This document shows, piece after piece, positions 37,628 through 48,966 of a DNA stretch of 48,966 nucleotides (positions are counted from its first letter, which is position 1; each line of letters starts with the position of its first letter). The notes beneath the pieces were generated by a model. The model did no database searches. It was not told where the DNA came from and saw nothing but the letters and a program-made list of their open reading frames with translations. This DNA is from Reclinomonas americana ATCC 50394 (Eukaryota). A program made the translations under genes and the position numbers. The stretch spans positions 80,241-129,206 of the forward strand of contig PS015183.1 in the NCBI GenBank assembly GCA_048213135.1, given 5' to 3'.

Positions 37628-40600
37628 CTACGCCACGCCTCTCCCACAAAAGGCTTCCAGTAGATCGGGGCTGAGACCAATGGCCCCATCGTACACCACA
37701 CCGCTGACGTCGAGACTGTTGCCACCCACACTCCATCGCAAGCGCGGCATGTCGAGCACCGACAGCTCGGCCACTGCCTGTGAGTCGTCCGCTTGTTGTG
37801 CTCGCTGCACGTCCCACGCACGAAGCGAGCAATCTGCGCCGCAAAGCCATCATCGGCAACATGAGAGAGAGAGAGAACACATCGGGCGGTGTGTCGGGAC
37901 AGACCGTCAGCTGCGGTGAACAGCAGTCGATCGTCTTCCGAAAACAGCAAATCGTTGACCGTGGACGACACCTGGAGAAGGACGCGACTCCACAGGCGAC
38001 CAACGCGCGCATTTGAGGTGCTCCACTGGCGCACGGTGTTGTCTTGCGAAGCGGAAAGGAGCCATCGCTGATCGTTGCTGAAGCGAAGCGACTGCATCGA
38101 GCACAACAAACACGATTGAGCATCTGATAAACAAAAGGATGCGCAAGATCACGCAGTGCAACTTTGATCGGCCGTGTATGGCCAAACAGCGACGCCAAGC
38201 ACGTGCCATCCGCCACGCGCCACAAACGAACCGAAGCGTCCATACTGCAGCGCGTGTAAGAGCGCAATCATCCAACTGCGCATAATACGTGAATGCTCAC
38301 CTGCCCGACGCCAGCAGCTGACCATTGCTCGGTGAAAACGCCAGCGACGTGATCCAATTGGCATGCCCACGAAGCTTGGACAGGCAACGCCCGGCGGCGA
38401 CGTCCCACAACGCCACCAGTGTGTCGTCGCCACCGGTGGCCAACAGCGCACCCGCCGGAGCAAAACACACACAGTTGACCACATCGTCGTGCGAGCCGGA
38501 CAAGGAGCGTACGTCGCCGCTCTCGCGGTCCAGCACCAACACAATGCCGGAGAAATCCTCGCTTGCGGCCGATGCCACGTATCTGCCATCGGCAGACACC
38601 GACACGGCTTGCACACCACTGCCGGTGCTGTGCGTCCACTCTTCTCGCACGCTGCCAGTCGTCGGATCGCGCACCGTAGCTGTCAGGCTACGCGCGCAGG
38701 CCACCACCAGCGAGGAGGTGCCGCCAACCGTCATGGCAGCAATGTCGTCCACCGGCCCGTCGGACACGGTGAGCACATTGCGCGACTGGCCGTCAAAGGC
38801 GCCCCAGAAGCGCATCACTCCATCGTAGCCGGCGGAGACCAGTGTGTCGGAGTCGATGAGCACCATACATGTGACACGGTCGGTGTGACCGCCAGCGGCA
38901 CGTGTCTCGGCCGTCACACTGGCCAACGGAGCAAGCACAGCGCCATTGGCACCAACAACACCGTCACCTGCCGACCGCAGTGACATGCCCTCCACATGTG
39001 CACCCCGGAAGGAGGCACGTCGCAACACAGCACCGGCCAGCGACACATTCCGCAAATCAGCGTCGTCCAGAATGCACGACTCCATCACGGCCTGCGCGAC
39101 ACAGGTGAGGCGTGAATGGGGAAAGGGGAAGNNNNNNNNNNNNNNNNNNNNCAAGGCGGAATGTAAGGGGAAACGAAAAGAGAGACAGATAGAACGGGAT
39201 GCCACTCACCTGCGTGAGACGGGCACCGGGAATGCGCACGCCGCGCAAATTCATGTTGATGAACGAGAAGCGGCACAAGTTGAGGGCTGGATGCAGCAAC
39301 GTGAACACCACAGACGCATGACATGGAAAGGGGAGGAGACAGCAATATCAACACAGACCAGTGATTGCGTTGGCAGCGGCGGCGGCCAACTCTGCACGAG
39401 TGCGAGTTTCGAGTACCAGCGCCAAGAGGGCGGCTTGCACGCCGTCGCTCAACATGGCACGATCTGCAATGAGCTCCAGAATGTCGCTCTGTGAAAGGAG
39501 AGAGACAGAATGAGTGTGGAAGCGACAGCAATGTGTGCGCGCGCGCGCATGTGACAATCACCTCACGATATCCGGTCAACACATGCATGTTGAGCAAGTG
39601 ATGTGCAAGGTCGTGCATAGCGACCTGATCCAGCTCGGCGTCAGCCAACTGCGGAATGGAGCGCGGATTGATGGCATCGCTGCGGACGCCGAGTGGATTC
39701 ACGACAGGTGCACTGCCGAGGCCGATGGGGGCGGCCAGTAGTGTCTCCACAAAGTCGAACGCTGTGAAAAACTGCCACCACAGCGGATGCAGAAAGGCCG
39801 TGCCGGTCGGCAGCAGCAGCAGGGTGCGTCGGAAGGCGCCAGCTTTGGCCACAACCGAGGCGGTGGGTGGCGGAGTGGCGGCCACTTTGCGCGAGGCCAG
39901 GCGGCACTGCATGAAACAGTCGGCCACAGTGCGGACCTCCTGTGCGTCAAGAATTGGATTGAGTGTGCGAGTGAGTCAGTGTTTCGCGGGCTTGCGCCAA
40001 GTACCGGTGCAAAGGAGGCAGCATCGGGCGACTGCAGCTGCTTCTCGAACCACCAGTGCGCCACATGATACAGCAAGCGATATCGTGTCATGCGGCCTGC
40101 GCGGGGTGTGAGCACAAACACACAGCAGAGAAAGGCATGTGGCGCACTGGAGACAAGCAACGCAACGTGACGAGTGCGACGAGGTGCGCGTGAAATCGGC
40201 AAACGCCGGCAGCGCCGTCGTCAGCATGTGCAAGAAGAGTGGCTGCCGAGGGACGTGAGCGAAACAAACAGAACTTGACTGACAATCACCACGGACGCAC
40301 AGTCTTGGTCAGGCGTCCCACGCCAGGAATGCTGGCCACGTGCTGTGCCAAGAACTGGCGTGACTCGCCCGAGTACCCGCTGGTGTCTTGGTCCACGACT
40401 CTGCAGAATAGAGAGAGGAGTGAACACAAGCGGCGAGGGCTACAGATTATCCACACACACACGCACGCACTTGGCGAAATACAGGCGCAAATCGTCGGGT
40501 CCCGGCGGTACCAACTCGCACTCCACTAATCGCTGCGACAGGAACGAGGGCGGCGACAGGCTGCCCGAGCGCGACCGACTGCCACTGCGTGCACGATTAT

Positions 40601-42720
40601 CCCGCAGACTCCCACTCCGGCTGCGCCCACCGCCTCCAGCACCTCCACTGCCGCCGCCCACACCAATGCCCGTTCCTGTGACGTTGAGTTGAGTCCCTAT
40701 TGCGCCACACAACATGGGGATGTGCAGGGAAACAGGACTGTGGACCTTCTAACGGCGACGTCCGACGCGGTGACAAGGCCGGGCTGATGGGACTTGTTTC
40801 GGCTTCGGGGTCCACCAGATTTGCGACGCCGAGGCCCAACTGCTTCACGGCGGCTCGGCGGCAGGTGAGAATGATCTTTACATTCCAGTCCTGCACAACG
40901 ACGCTTGACTGTGTCACCGTCAAGAAAATATCGACTGCGTCATACACACACATACCGACAAGTGGTTGACGACCCAGAAGTTCTTCTCGCGAATGGACGA
41001 CGCACGCAGATCATCGTAGTTGTCGAGCAGCAGCAGAATCTGACGACCCTCCAGCTTGATGTCCTCGATCTGTGGACCGCACGCGGTGAGTTGCCATCAC
41101 CATCGCATCACATGCTGTCGTTCGCGGAGTGACGGAACCTGCTCCAGAGAGAATCCGCGCGTCTTGAGCACGTGAAACATGAACTCGCCACCGAAAGCCT
41201 GAATATCCGACACGGTTTGCATGGCCACAAAGATCGGAATCGGTGGGTGCGGCAAGCTGCCGGAGCCCCACGATTTCCACACATCGCGCTCCAGGTGATG
41301 CAGCAGCGCCGTCTTGCCAGCTCCCGGCAGGCCGCTCACCAGCAGCACCTACAGGCAGAACTCAAGTCACACACACGCGTGCTGCAAGTAAACCTCCATG
41401 ACAAAAACTGCTGCGCACCTGGTCCACGGCGTCCTCCAGAAAGGTGTTGATGATGGTGAGTACGGGCACCGCGCGTGTGACAGGCTGCACAATGTTGCTG
41501 GTGGCACGCAGCGGGATGGATGGGTACCCGTGAAACATGTCTTGCCGGTCGTCGCCATCCAGCACGGCCACGCGCTTCGCTCGCAGCACGATCGAGGCGT
41601 GCACAATCGGGTCGTCGGTGGCAATGGTCGACACTGTGACACGCCCAGCGTGTGCGTGTGTGTGAGAGAGAGGCCACGCATCTTCAAACAGAGACAGTCA
41701 CCAACCATCGATAGCGGCGACCTCGGGCACTGGTGACTCCAACGCCGGAACCACAGCAGCTGAAGCAGCAGCAGCAGCAGGAGACACCGGTGCTGGTGCC
41801 GACACCTCCAGCGTCGATGGTGGCGGTGGCGGCGATACCACCGCCGCAGCAGGCTCCGCTGCCTCTGCGACCGCCTCCGGCATGGCCGGGGTGGCCTGTG
41901 CGGCAGCCGACGACGAATCGTCGCCCATGTCAATGTACACGTCGCTCGAGTCGGCCGAGTCCACGTCGGCCTCCACCGCATTGGCCACCGCAGCCGGCTC
42001 TGCACCAGTGGCGCTGTCAGAGGGAGTGCCACCATCACCAAACAACAGAGAGAAGAGAAAAGTGTGCAAACCGACGGCGGCAGCCTCGACGGCCTCCGGG
42101 GAAACCCCACCCTCTGCGACCGCAGCCGTCGACGACGTTGCTGCTGACGCTGTGCTCACATCATCGGCAGCATTGTCTGCATGCTCGTCAACGCGGTCGG
42201 GCATGAGTGCCGAAGGCTCCGGCAGTGTCGACGGCGGTGGTGGTGGCGAGGCGGGTGGTGGCGGTGGCGACACCAGCAGTGATGTCGGTGGCGAGTATCC
42301 ATCGCGCGTATCAGCACCCAGTGGAAGCGGAGGTGGCAGCGCCAGAAGCAGGGCAGCATCAACGCCGTCGGCGTTGGCGCCGGCGATGTTGTTGCTGAGA
42401 TTGCGATGCACCGGCGACGAATCATCCAATCTCACTGTGCGTGCGTGTGCGTGCGCGTATGGCATTCAGCATGCAGACATGTACACATAGGCGGAGATTG
42501 TGCTGTGCGGGGAGGAGGAGACAAGCATGTACGCACACGAGGGAGTGTCGCGGAATGGTGACTCGGCGGGCGTGGTGGCTGAGACCACTGCAGTTTCGTG
42601 CACTTTTGCTGCGGCCTGCGTCTCGTGCTGCAACGGTGCGCGACGCACATCGACGGGTCGCGAGGCGCAGCAGCCACCACCGACCAGTGGTTGTCGTCGT
42701 CGTCGCACGAACATTGGTGG
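37628..42720 (-). CDS. NACHT NTPase - pentapeptide repeat - WD40 protein (NLR-like STAND); 5' end in gap
   Basis: Walker A VLLVSGLPGAGKT, Walker B ILLLLDNYDD, sensor-1 KIILTCR, WHD FLHPLWWQFF, AAANAIT...MNLRGVRIPGARL, pentapeptides (ADLRNVSLAGAVLRRASFRGA), and multiple WD40 repeats. Confidence 0.9.
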
Positions 42721-43414
42721 GGGTAAAGAAGCAGCNNNNNNNNNNNNNNNNNNNNNNNNNNNNNNNNNNNNNNNNNNNNNNNNNNNNNNNNNNNNNNNNN
42801 NNNNNNNNNNNNNNNNNNNNNNNNNNNNNNNNNNNNNNNNNNNNNNNNNNNNNNNNNNNNNNNNNNNNNNNNNNNNNNNNNNNNNNNNNNNNNNNNNNNN
42901 NNNNNNNNNNNNNNNNNNNNNNNNNNNNNNNNNNNNNNNNNNNNNNNNNNNNNNNNNNNNNNNNNNNNNNNNNNNNNNNNNNNNNNNNNNNNNNNNNNNN
43001 NNNNNNNNNNNNNNNNNNNNNNNNNNNNNNNNNNNNNNNNNNNNNNNNNNNNNNNNNNNNNNNNNNNNNNNNNNNNNNNNNNNNNNNNNNNNNNNNNNNN
43101 NNNNNNNNNNNNNNNNNNNNNNNNNNNNNNNNNNNNNNNNNNNNNNNNNNNNNNNNNNNNNNNNNNNNNNNNNNNNNNNNNNNNNNNNNNNNNNNNNNNN
43201 NNNNNNNNNNNNNNNNNNNNNNNNNNNNNNNNNNNNNNNNNNNNNNNNNNNNNNNNNNNNNNNNNNNNNNNNNNNNNNNNNNNNNNNNNNNNNNNNNNGG
43301 TTAGTGAAAAGGGAAAGGGGGGAAGAGGGAAAAGGGGGGAGAAAAACAGGCAAGACAAAGAACGCAAACGCCGCACAAATAGGTAAGGCACACACTCCTC
43401 CTCTTCTCTCTCAC

Positions 43415-45094
43415 CTTGTCGGGGTACACCTGCACGTCGCCAAGACCCTCATCGCGGTAGGTCTCAATGACCACGTTGACGGACTCGATCGACTTCGAGA
43501 AGCTCTGGTACGCGGCCTCAGGCTGCAGCTGGAGCTCCAGAATGGCGCGGTCGAGCTTGTTGACGACAAGCACCGGCTTGATACGCTCCGACAGAGCCTG
43601 GCGCAGCACGGTCTCGGTCTGCACGCACACACCCTCGACGCAATCGACGACGACCAAAGCGCCGTCAGTCACACGCAGAGCGGCAGTCACCTGTGTAGAA
43701 AAAAAGCAAAGGGTGTGAGGGGATACAAGCGATGTAGGAGGAAGGGTAGGAAGAACAAACCTCCGAGCTGAAGTCGACGTGACCGGGGGAGTCGATGAGG
43801 TTGATCAGGTACGACTCCTTCTCGCCCTCAGGGGCGTTGAGCTTCTGCATGGCGAAGAAGAGCGAGATCGAGGTGGCCTTGATGGTAATGCAGCGATCCT
43901 GCTCGTCCTGGCGGGTATCTAATGGGAGGGAGAAGGGAGGTGAGAAGCGGGGGCAAGATGGAGGGAAAGAGAAAGGAAGGAGGAAAACATCCAATGCCAG
44001 AGATGACATGACGCGTCGGCAACATGACAGAAAAAGCGTGGCCGACATGGCGCGGACATGTCGAGGCGCCACGAGAAAGCACGCACCACGCCCGCACAGC
44101 GACGCACAAGACGCAACAAGTAGACGTGGCAAGAGGCGAGGGCGAGAGCGACAGGGGGATGAAAGAAGGGGAGAAGCGGAGGAGTGGGTTGCGAAGCGTG
44201 TGCATGTTGCACCGCCAAGACGACGACGGGGTACAACAGACTCACGATGCCAGGCACCCGCAGCACCTCTCTTGTTGTCCTCGCAGCGCACGGCAATGAA
44301 GTGAACGCAAAGGAAAAGAGTGCGGTGGTTTGGTGCAACAAAAGCACAAGTGCAGATGCACATGGCCAAACTCACACGCGCCGAATCTTTTCTTCGCTTC
44401 TCTCCACACCTACTCATCTCTCTCTCTCCCCCTGTCCCTCTCTTCGCCCAACAACATTGCGACAAAGAGACTGAAAGACGCAAAGAGAACATGATATTCA
44501 AGTGTGCGCGGGAGCGCAGAATCCTCAAACGCACTCCGATCCCACCACCACCACCACAACAACAACACTCACCAGTGATGCGCTTGTCACCGGCATCGGC
44601 AATGGCGATGATACCGGCGGCGGCGACCAGACTGTGCCAAGGGGAGAGAGGAGAAGGCGTGTGAGCACACCGACAAGCACGCGCCAAAATACATCACACG
44701 CGCACAAACGCACCTGTCGGTCAGGGTGGACTTGCCGTGATCGACGTGAGCAATCACAGACTGTGCGCGACAAAGTGGCGATGAGCAACACGGTGAGCGG
44801 CACGGAAAGGGGGCGAGAGCGTGTGACAAGAGCGACATGGCGCATCATGTGGAGCTAAACATGGCTCCCTCCCCTTTTGCCCCTCCCCCCTCCGCCCCAA
44901 GCACCCACTCACCATGTTACGAATGCTCGTCTTGATGTCCATGATGCGGCGGACTTCGTCTACGCTGAAGTTCACCTGTGGGGAGCGAGGAAGAGAAGCG
45001 GAGCGAAGAGTGAGTCTTCCGATGGCAAACCCCCGACGACACATAAAAGATTGCTGCGCAATGAGCAAGAGTGGACGGGGTGTGTGCGCACCAT
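43415..45094 (-). CDS. EEF2: Eukaryotic translation elongation factor 2 (N-terminal part; rest in gap)
   Basis: [40 protein letters not shown]../[63 protein letters not shown]. Confidence 0.98.
44200..44345 (-). ncRNA. Candidate intronic H/ACA-type snoRNA in the long eEF2 intron
   Basis: Hairpin - ACAACA (H box, 44273-44278) - hairpin - ACA (44205-44207) + 3 nt on the sense strand. Confidence 0.35.
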
Positions 45095-45569
45095 GGTGAT
45101 AACTGGTTGGTTAACAGGGGGGAGGTAGCACGGATAACGAGAGAGAAGGGTGGGGGAGCTTTGCGCAACACCACACCAAGAATAACTGGAGGGAATCCGT
45201 CGGTCGAGCCAAAGTCCCAACTTCCTGCACCAACGTTGAAGAGAGCAGCGGGGGGGTTCTTTATTGCCGTGTACAAGGGTCGCTCCCGACGGAACTGCCA
45301 GGAGGAGGGCCATTCTTAGGCACGCATGTGGTCTGTGTGCCGGAAATTCGAAAAGAATATTCTCTCGCGATCGGGAGAGAGAAGAGAGAAGAGAAAGCGC
45401 ACGGTGACACTCTCCCGAATGCTGTACATTGCCTTGGTCGTTTAACATGACTGTGCTGCTGTGAGTGGGTTGAAGAAGTCGTCGCCCTCCGTGCGACGCT
45501 CACATGCTCGGCAAAGCATCTGCATAGACGACACTGTGAGTTACGCAGGCTTCTGCAAGCACCTCGCCA

Positions 45570-46447
45570 TCACTGGTCGTGGTACGCACTGAGTTCGACA
45601 TCCTGGAACGCGCCGACCTTGCCCTTCAGAGCCACCAGTCGGTTGAGATCGCTCTTGGCGGTGGAGTCGGGGAAGAAGACGTGCCACTCGCCAGCAGAGT
45701 GCGTAATGTTGATGCCGTAGCTGTAGCGGCTGGTGGCTTTGTTGTTGTACGTCCACAACACGACAGAAGTGATAGAGCTGGCGGGGAAGTTCGACGAGGT
45801 CTTGCTCTTGAAGGGGGCCTGTTGCAAGAGGTGGTGAAGGTGGTGATGGTGAACCGCTGCACTCTCTTGCTGTCTCGCCCTCCCTCTCCCTCCCTCCCTC
45901 CCTCTCCCTTCCCCTCCCTCTCCCTTCCCCTCCCCTCTCCCTCCCTCCCTCCCTCCCTCCACGCAACATTCAGCGTGATGACCACCTGAGCGTTGCCGGT
46001 GGCGCTGTCGACTCGGACCTCAAACGTGCCACTGCCGGCGGACTCGGCCTTGTTGCTGCCGGCTTCGGTGTAGGTGAACAGCGAAGAGGGGATGGAGATG
46101 TTGGATGCTTCGGCTAGGCTCTCCTCTTCGAAGAAGCCAGCGGCTGGGTGGAGACTGGTGGTGAGCGGACGCACACCAAGAGGATGATTGGTGGAACACA
46201 GCGCTACACATCGCTGCGTGTGTAAAGTACATCGTGCGAAACATACACACACACACATACACATGCACATGCAGAGAAGAGCACGGATGCGCTCACACAC
46301 GCCCAACACACACACACACACACCGTCGAGATCGAGCAGAGTCTCGACAATCTCCTTGCGTGTCATGCGACGCGCATTGGCACTGCCGGCCAGCAGAGCG
46401 ACGGCTAGGAGGAGGAAGAGGACGGAAAGGAGGGAATTAACGCGCAT
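45570..46447 (-). CDS. Secreted hypothetical protein, 3 exons
   Basis: Signal-peptide-like MRVNSLLSVLFLLLAVALLAGSANA. Exons join in frame to ...ELSAYHDQ*. Confidence 0.75.
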
Positions 46448-46884
46448 GGTGTGCAAGAGAAATGCGTGGATATGTGCTCGCGATATCAACCTTAGCAAGA
46501 TTTGGACTGACTTTCACTTCCAAGTCGACGGTGACAACGACACGCAAGCTGGTCTTTTCTTTGTGGCGAGTTTCTTCAAGTGCATGTACAGTGGCGCGCG
46601 GATTTTAATGTTCGCGAATTCTCATCTCGGTAAATATCCAACCAGCTGTAAGCGTCGCCTATGTGCCGCCCTCTCCGCCTGCTGGATGGTGCACCACTCG
46701 TTGTTCCCATTGATGTCCACGCAGATTGGTCAGCGACAGTGCATGCCAGAGAGAGAGGAAGCGATGGAGACGAGGAGAAAGTGGAATTGACAGTCGGTTT
46801 TCGAATTCGCCAAAGCTGTGAAGCAGTCTCTCCAACAGAAACCATGGCCATGGGGATCACACGCATGTATTACTCTCCACACAT

Positions 46885-48807
46885 TCAGTCGGCGTGCCAC
46901 TTGAGGCGACCAAAGTTGCACTCGTCGAGCACCGGTCGCCACAGTGCGCTGTGGCGACGGATCGCCAGCATATCGTTCCCGCACCAATCGGCCGGGTTAC
47001 GATCTTGCCATGCAACGTGCATGCCACACACTTCGTGCACATCCTGCCATCGTAATGGTCAGACACTGGGAAGAGAAAGGAAAACTGGGACAGACAGACG
47101 AACCTGCCACCAGAGCCCGCTGACTGGAATGCACAAGCCCACGGCCACAATGAACACGTCGAAATCGCGCTCGTCAAGCCACGCCACGAACTCGCGCAGT
47201 GTCGGCGACGGCATCGTGCCGACAGCACGTGCCGCTCGGAAAGACTTGTCTTGCGTCAATTTGGTCAGGGTGGTGAAGTCTGCACAGACACGCCCGAAAG
47301 CACACGTTCAGTGACAACTGCTCGCGACAGCAAACTGCGAGATGCGGGGCGCACCGTCGTTCCAGAAGAGACCGTACTCGAAGGAGAACAAGTCGACCTT
47401 GCGCTGTTGCAGCAGTCGTTCCATTCCCTTGATCACGTACGAGTCCCAGCCCTCCACGTCGATCTGTGCACGAGTGCTTGAATAAACGTCTGACAATACT
47501 GGTACCAAAACCTGTTCTTGTGCACAGCGCACCTTGATGTAAAAGATTTTCCGCCCCTCTGTCAACACCGCCTTGGCCTCCGGGTCGTTCTCCATGAACC
47601 AGTCGAGGCGCATCGTGGGAATCGTGTCTACTGGCTCCTGACTCGCACCGAGCATCTCCACTTCACGCAAAGTCGGCTGTCGCAGACTGTCACACAGCGC
47701 ATTGTTGTGAGTGCTGTGCGCGATACGCCACTCGTGCGACATGTGCAACAAGAGCAAACCCGTAGAGATTGCCAGCTTCCCTCCACTGTAAGCACTCAGG
47801 CATGTCAGAATCTGCGTCTATCCACTCCCCCAAGCGCACAGATGCAGTGGTCACCTTGCTCATCGCGTACAATGGCTGCGCCTCCACATTCTGATCGCTC
47901 AGTCCCACACGATGTGGCATAAGCGTGCCGGGCGGGAGCTCGGTAGCCGAAGACGCCAGTCCGTTGAACGCCGTCTCACCCGGTTCAAACGCAAACACCC
48001 GTGCGCCGTACTTTCCCAGTCGCTGGCCGAACAGAACGGCATCGGAGTGACAGGCGATTTCACTCGCAAAGTCACCGGCACCTGCGTGCATGCCGCATGT
48101 ATGCGTGAGTGCGGCCAGCGAGAGAGTGGACGCATGCACTTCTTGCGCGATTGCAACAAACGCAACCGACATCCACCAGGATTGGCGGGTCGAAAGCCGC
48201 TCTCTCTTCGTCGCTCAGATTGAGAGATTTGTCCTTTTGCACGCGGTGCCACAAGAGACCAAGCTTGGTGTGCAAGGTCTTCAACGGTCCACCAAACACA
48301 CTTGCAGTGCGAGTGAAATTCAGGCACCAGTGGTGCAAATGGTCCAACAGCCAATCAGAGAGCGCATTCCGCCAGCGCATGACTCGTTGCTGCTGGCGAT
48401 GCGCCTCCAGACCGGCACGAAGCTCTGCCGCGATGGTCGGAGGTGTTTGCTGCAATACTACAAGAATGTGTGATTGAGAGAGAGAGAGAGCGAGACGACA
48501 AAGGTACACAACACAAAATGAGAAAAACGGACGTGCCTTGCTCAGCTCCCGCCGACCATTCTCCCACTGTGTAGCTCACTGGCGGTGGCAGCTCGTGCGG
48601 CGCTCCCCTCACAGAGCAGTCGGCAACGTGCTGCGCACCAGCACAACAAGCGTCATTCGAGAGAAACCATTAATTGTCAACTGGGAACAAAACTGAGCGA
48701 ACGCACATCCTCGATCGACTCCAGTAGAATGCGTTCGACGCGCTCCACAAACGCTTCCTCGGTGATCGCCCGTTGCACGTCATTGTGCTTGGCATAAAAG
48801 TCCTTGG
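46885..48807 (-). CDS. FkbM-family (Methyltransf_21) SAM-dependent methyltransferase; 5' end beyond window
   Basis: Spliced ILVDVGAG, RVFAFEP, IFYIKIDVEGWD..VIKGMERLL...FEY; last exon ends ...GRLKWHAD*. Confidence 0.85.
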
Positions 48808-48854
48808 CTGTCGACATGACACCTCGTCAATGGCAAAGTGTGGAAGGCATGAAT

Positions 48855-48891
48855 TTCTCTCTCTCCCTCTCTCTCTTCCCTCTCTTCTCTC

Positions 48892-48966
<75 letters not shown>
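48855..48966. repeat. (CT)n microsatellite
   Basis: Directly visible. Confidence 0.95.

Noticed and set aside
1-48966. Stop-codon reassignment or introner-type repeated introns
   Set aside because: Conserved exons have no in-frame stops, TAA, TAG and TGA all end gene models, and introns share no sequence beyond splice signals.

Overview
Intron-rich nuclear DNA of a eukaryote, probably a flagellated protist (it carries CFAP100- and LRRC43-like genes). It uses the standard genetic code, has short spliceosomal introns and many CT/CA/GAA microsatellites, and contains many scaffold gaps. Recognisable genes are an ARM-repeat protein, UBA5, a TSG101-type UEV-coiled-coil-IRAK/Pelle-like kinase fusion, a roughly threefold tandem array of convergent WD40 / coiled-coil gene pairs, a PH-domain protein, CFAP100, an LRRC43-like protein, a NACHT-pentapeptide-WD40 (NLR-like) protein, partial eEF2, a secreted orphan and an FkbM-family methyltransferase. 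Main observations: (1) an immune-like neighbourhood, with a possible UEV 'decoy' kinase head-to-head with a WD40 array that is variable at fixed repeat positions, plus an NLR-like gene; (2) a recurrent second class of 5' splice site, GTTGCG, supported by in-frame joins; (3) an ARM gene built from exact 126-nt one-repeat exons; (4) two candidate structured ncRNAs. All gene models were assembled by eye and need RNA-seq confirmation.
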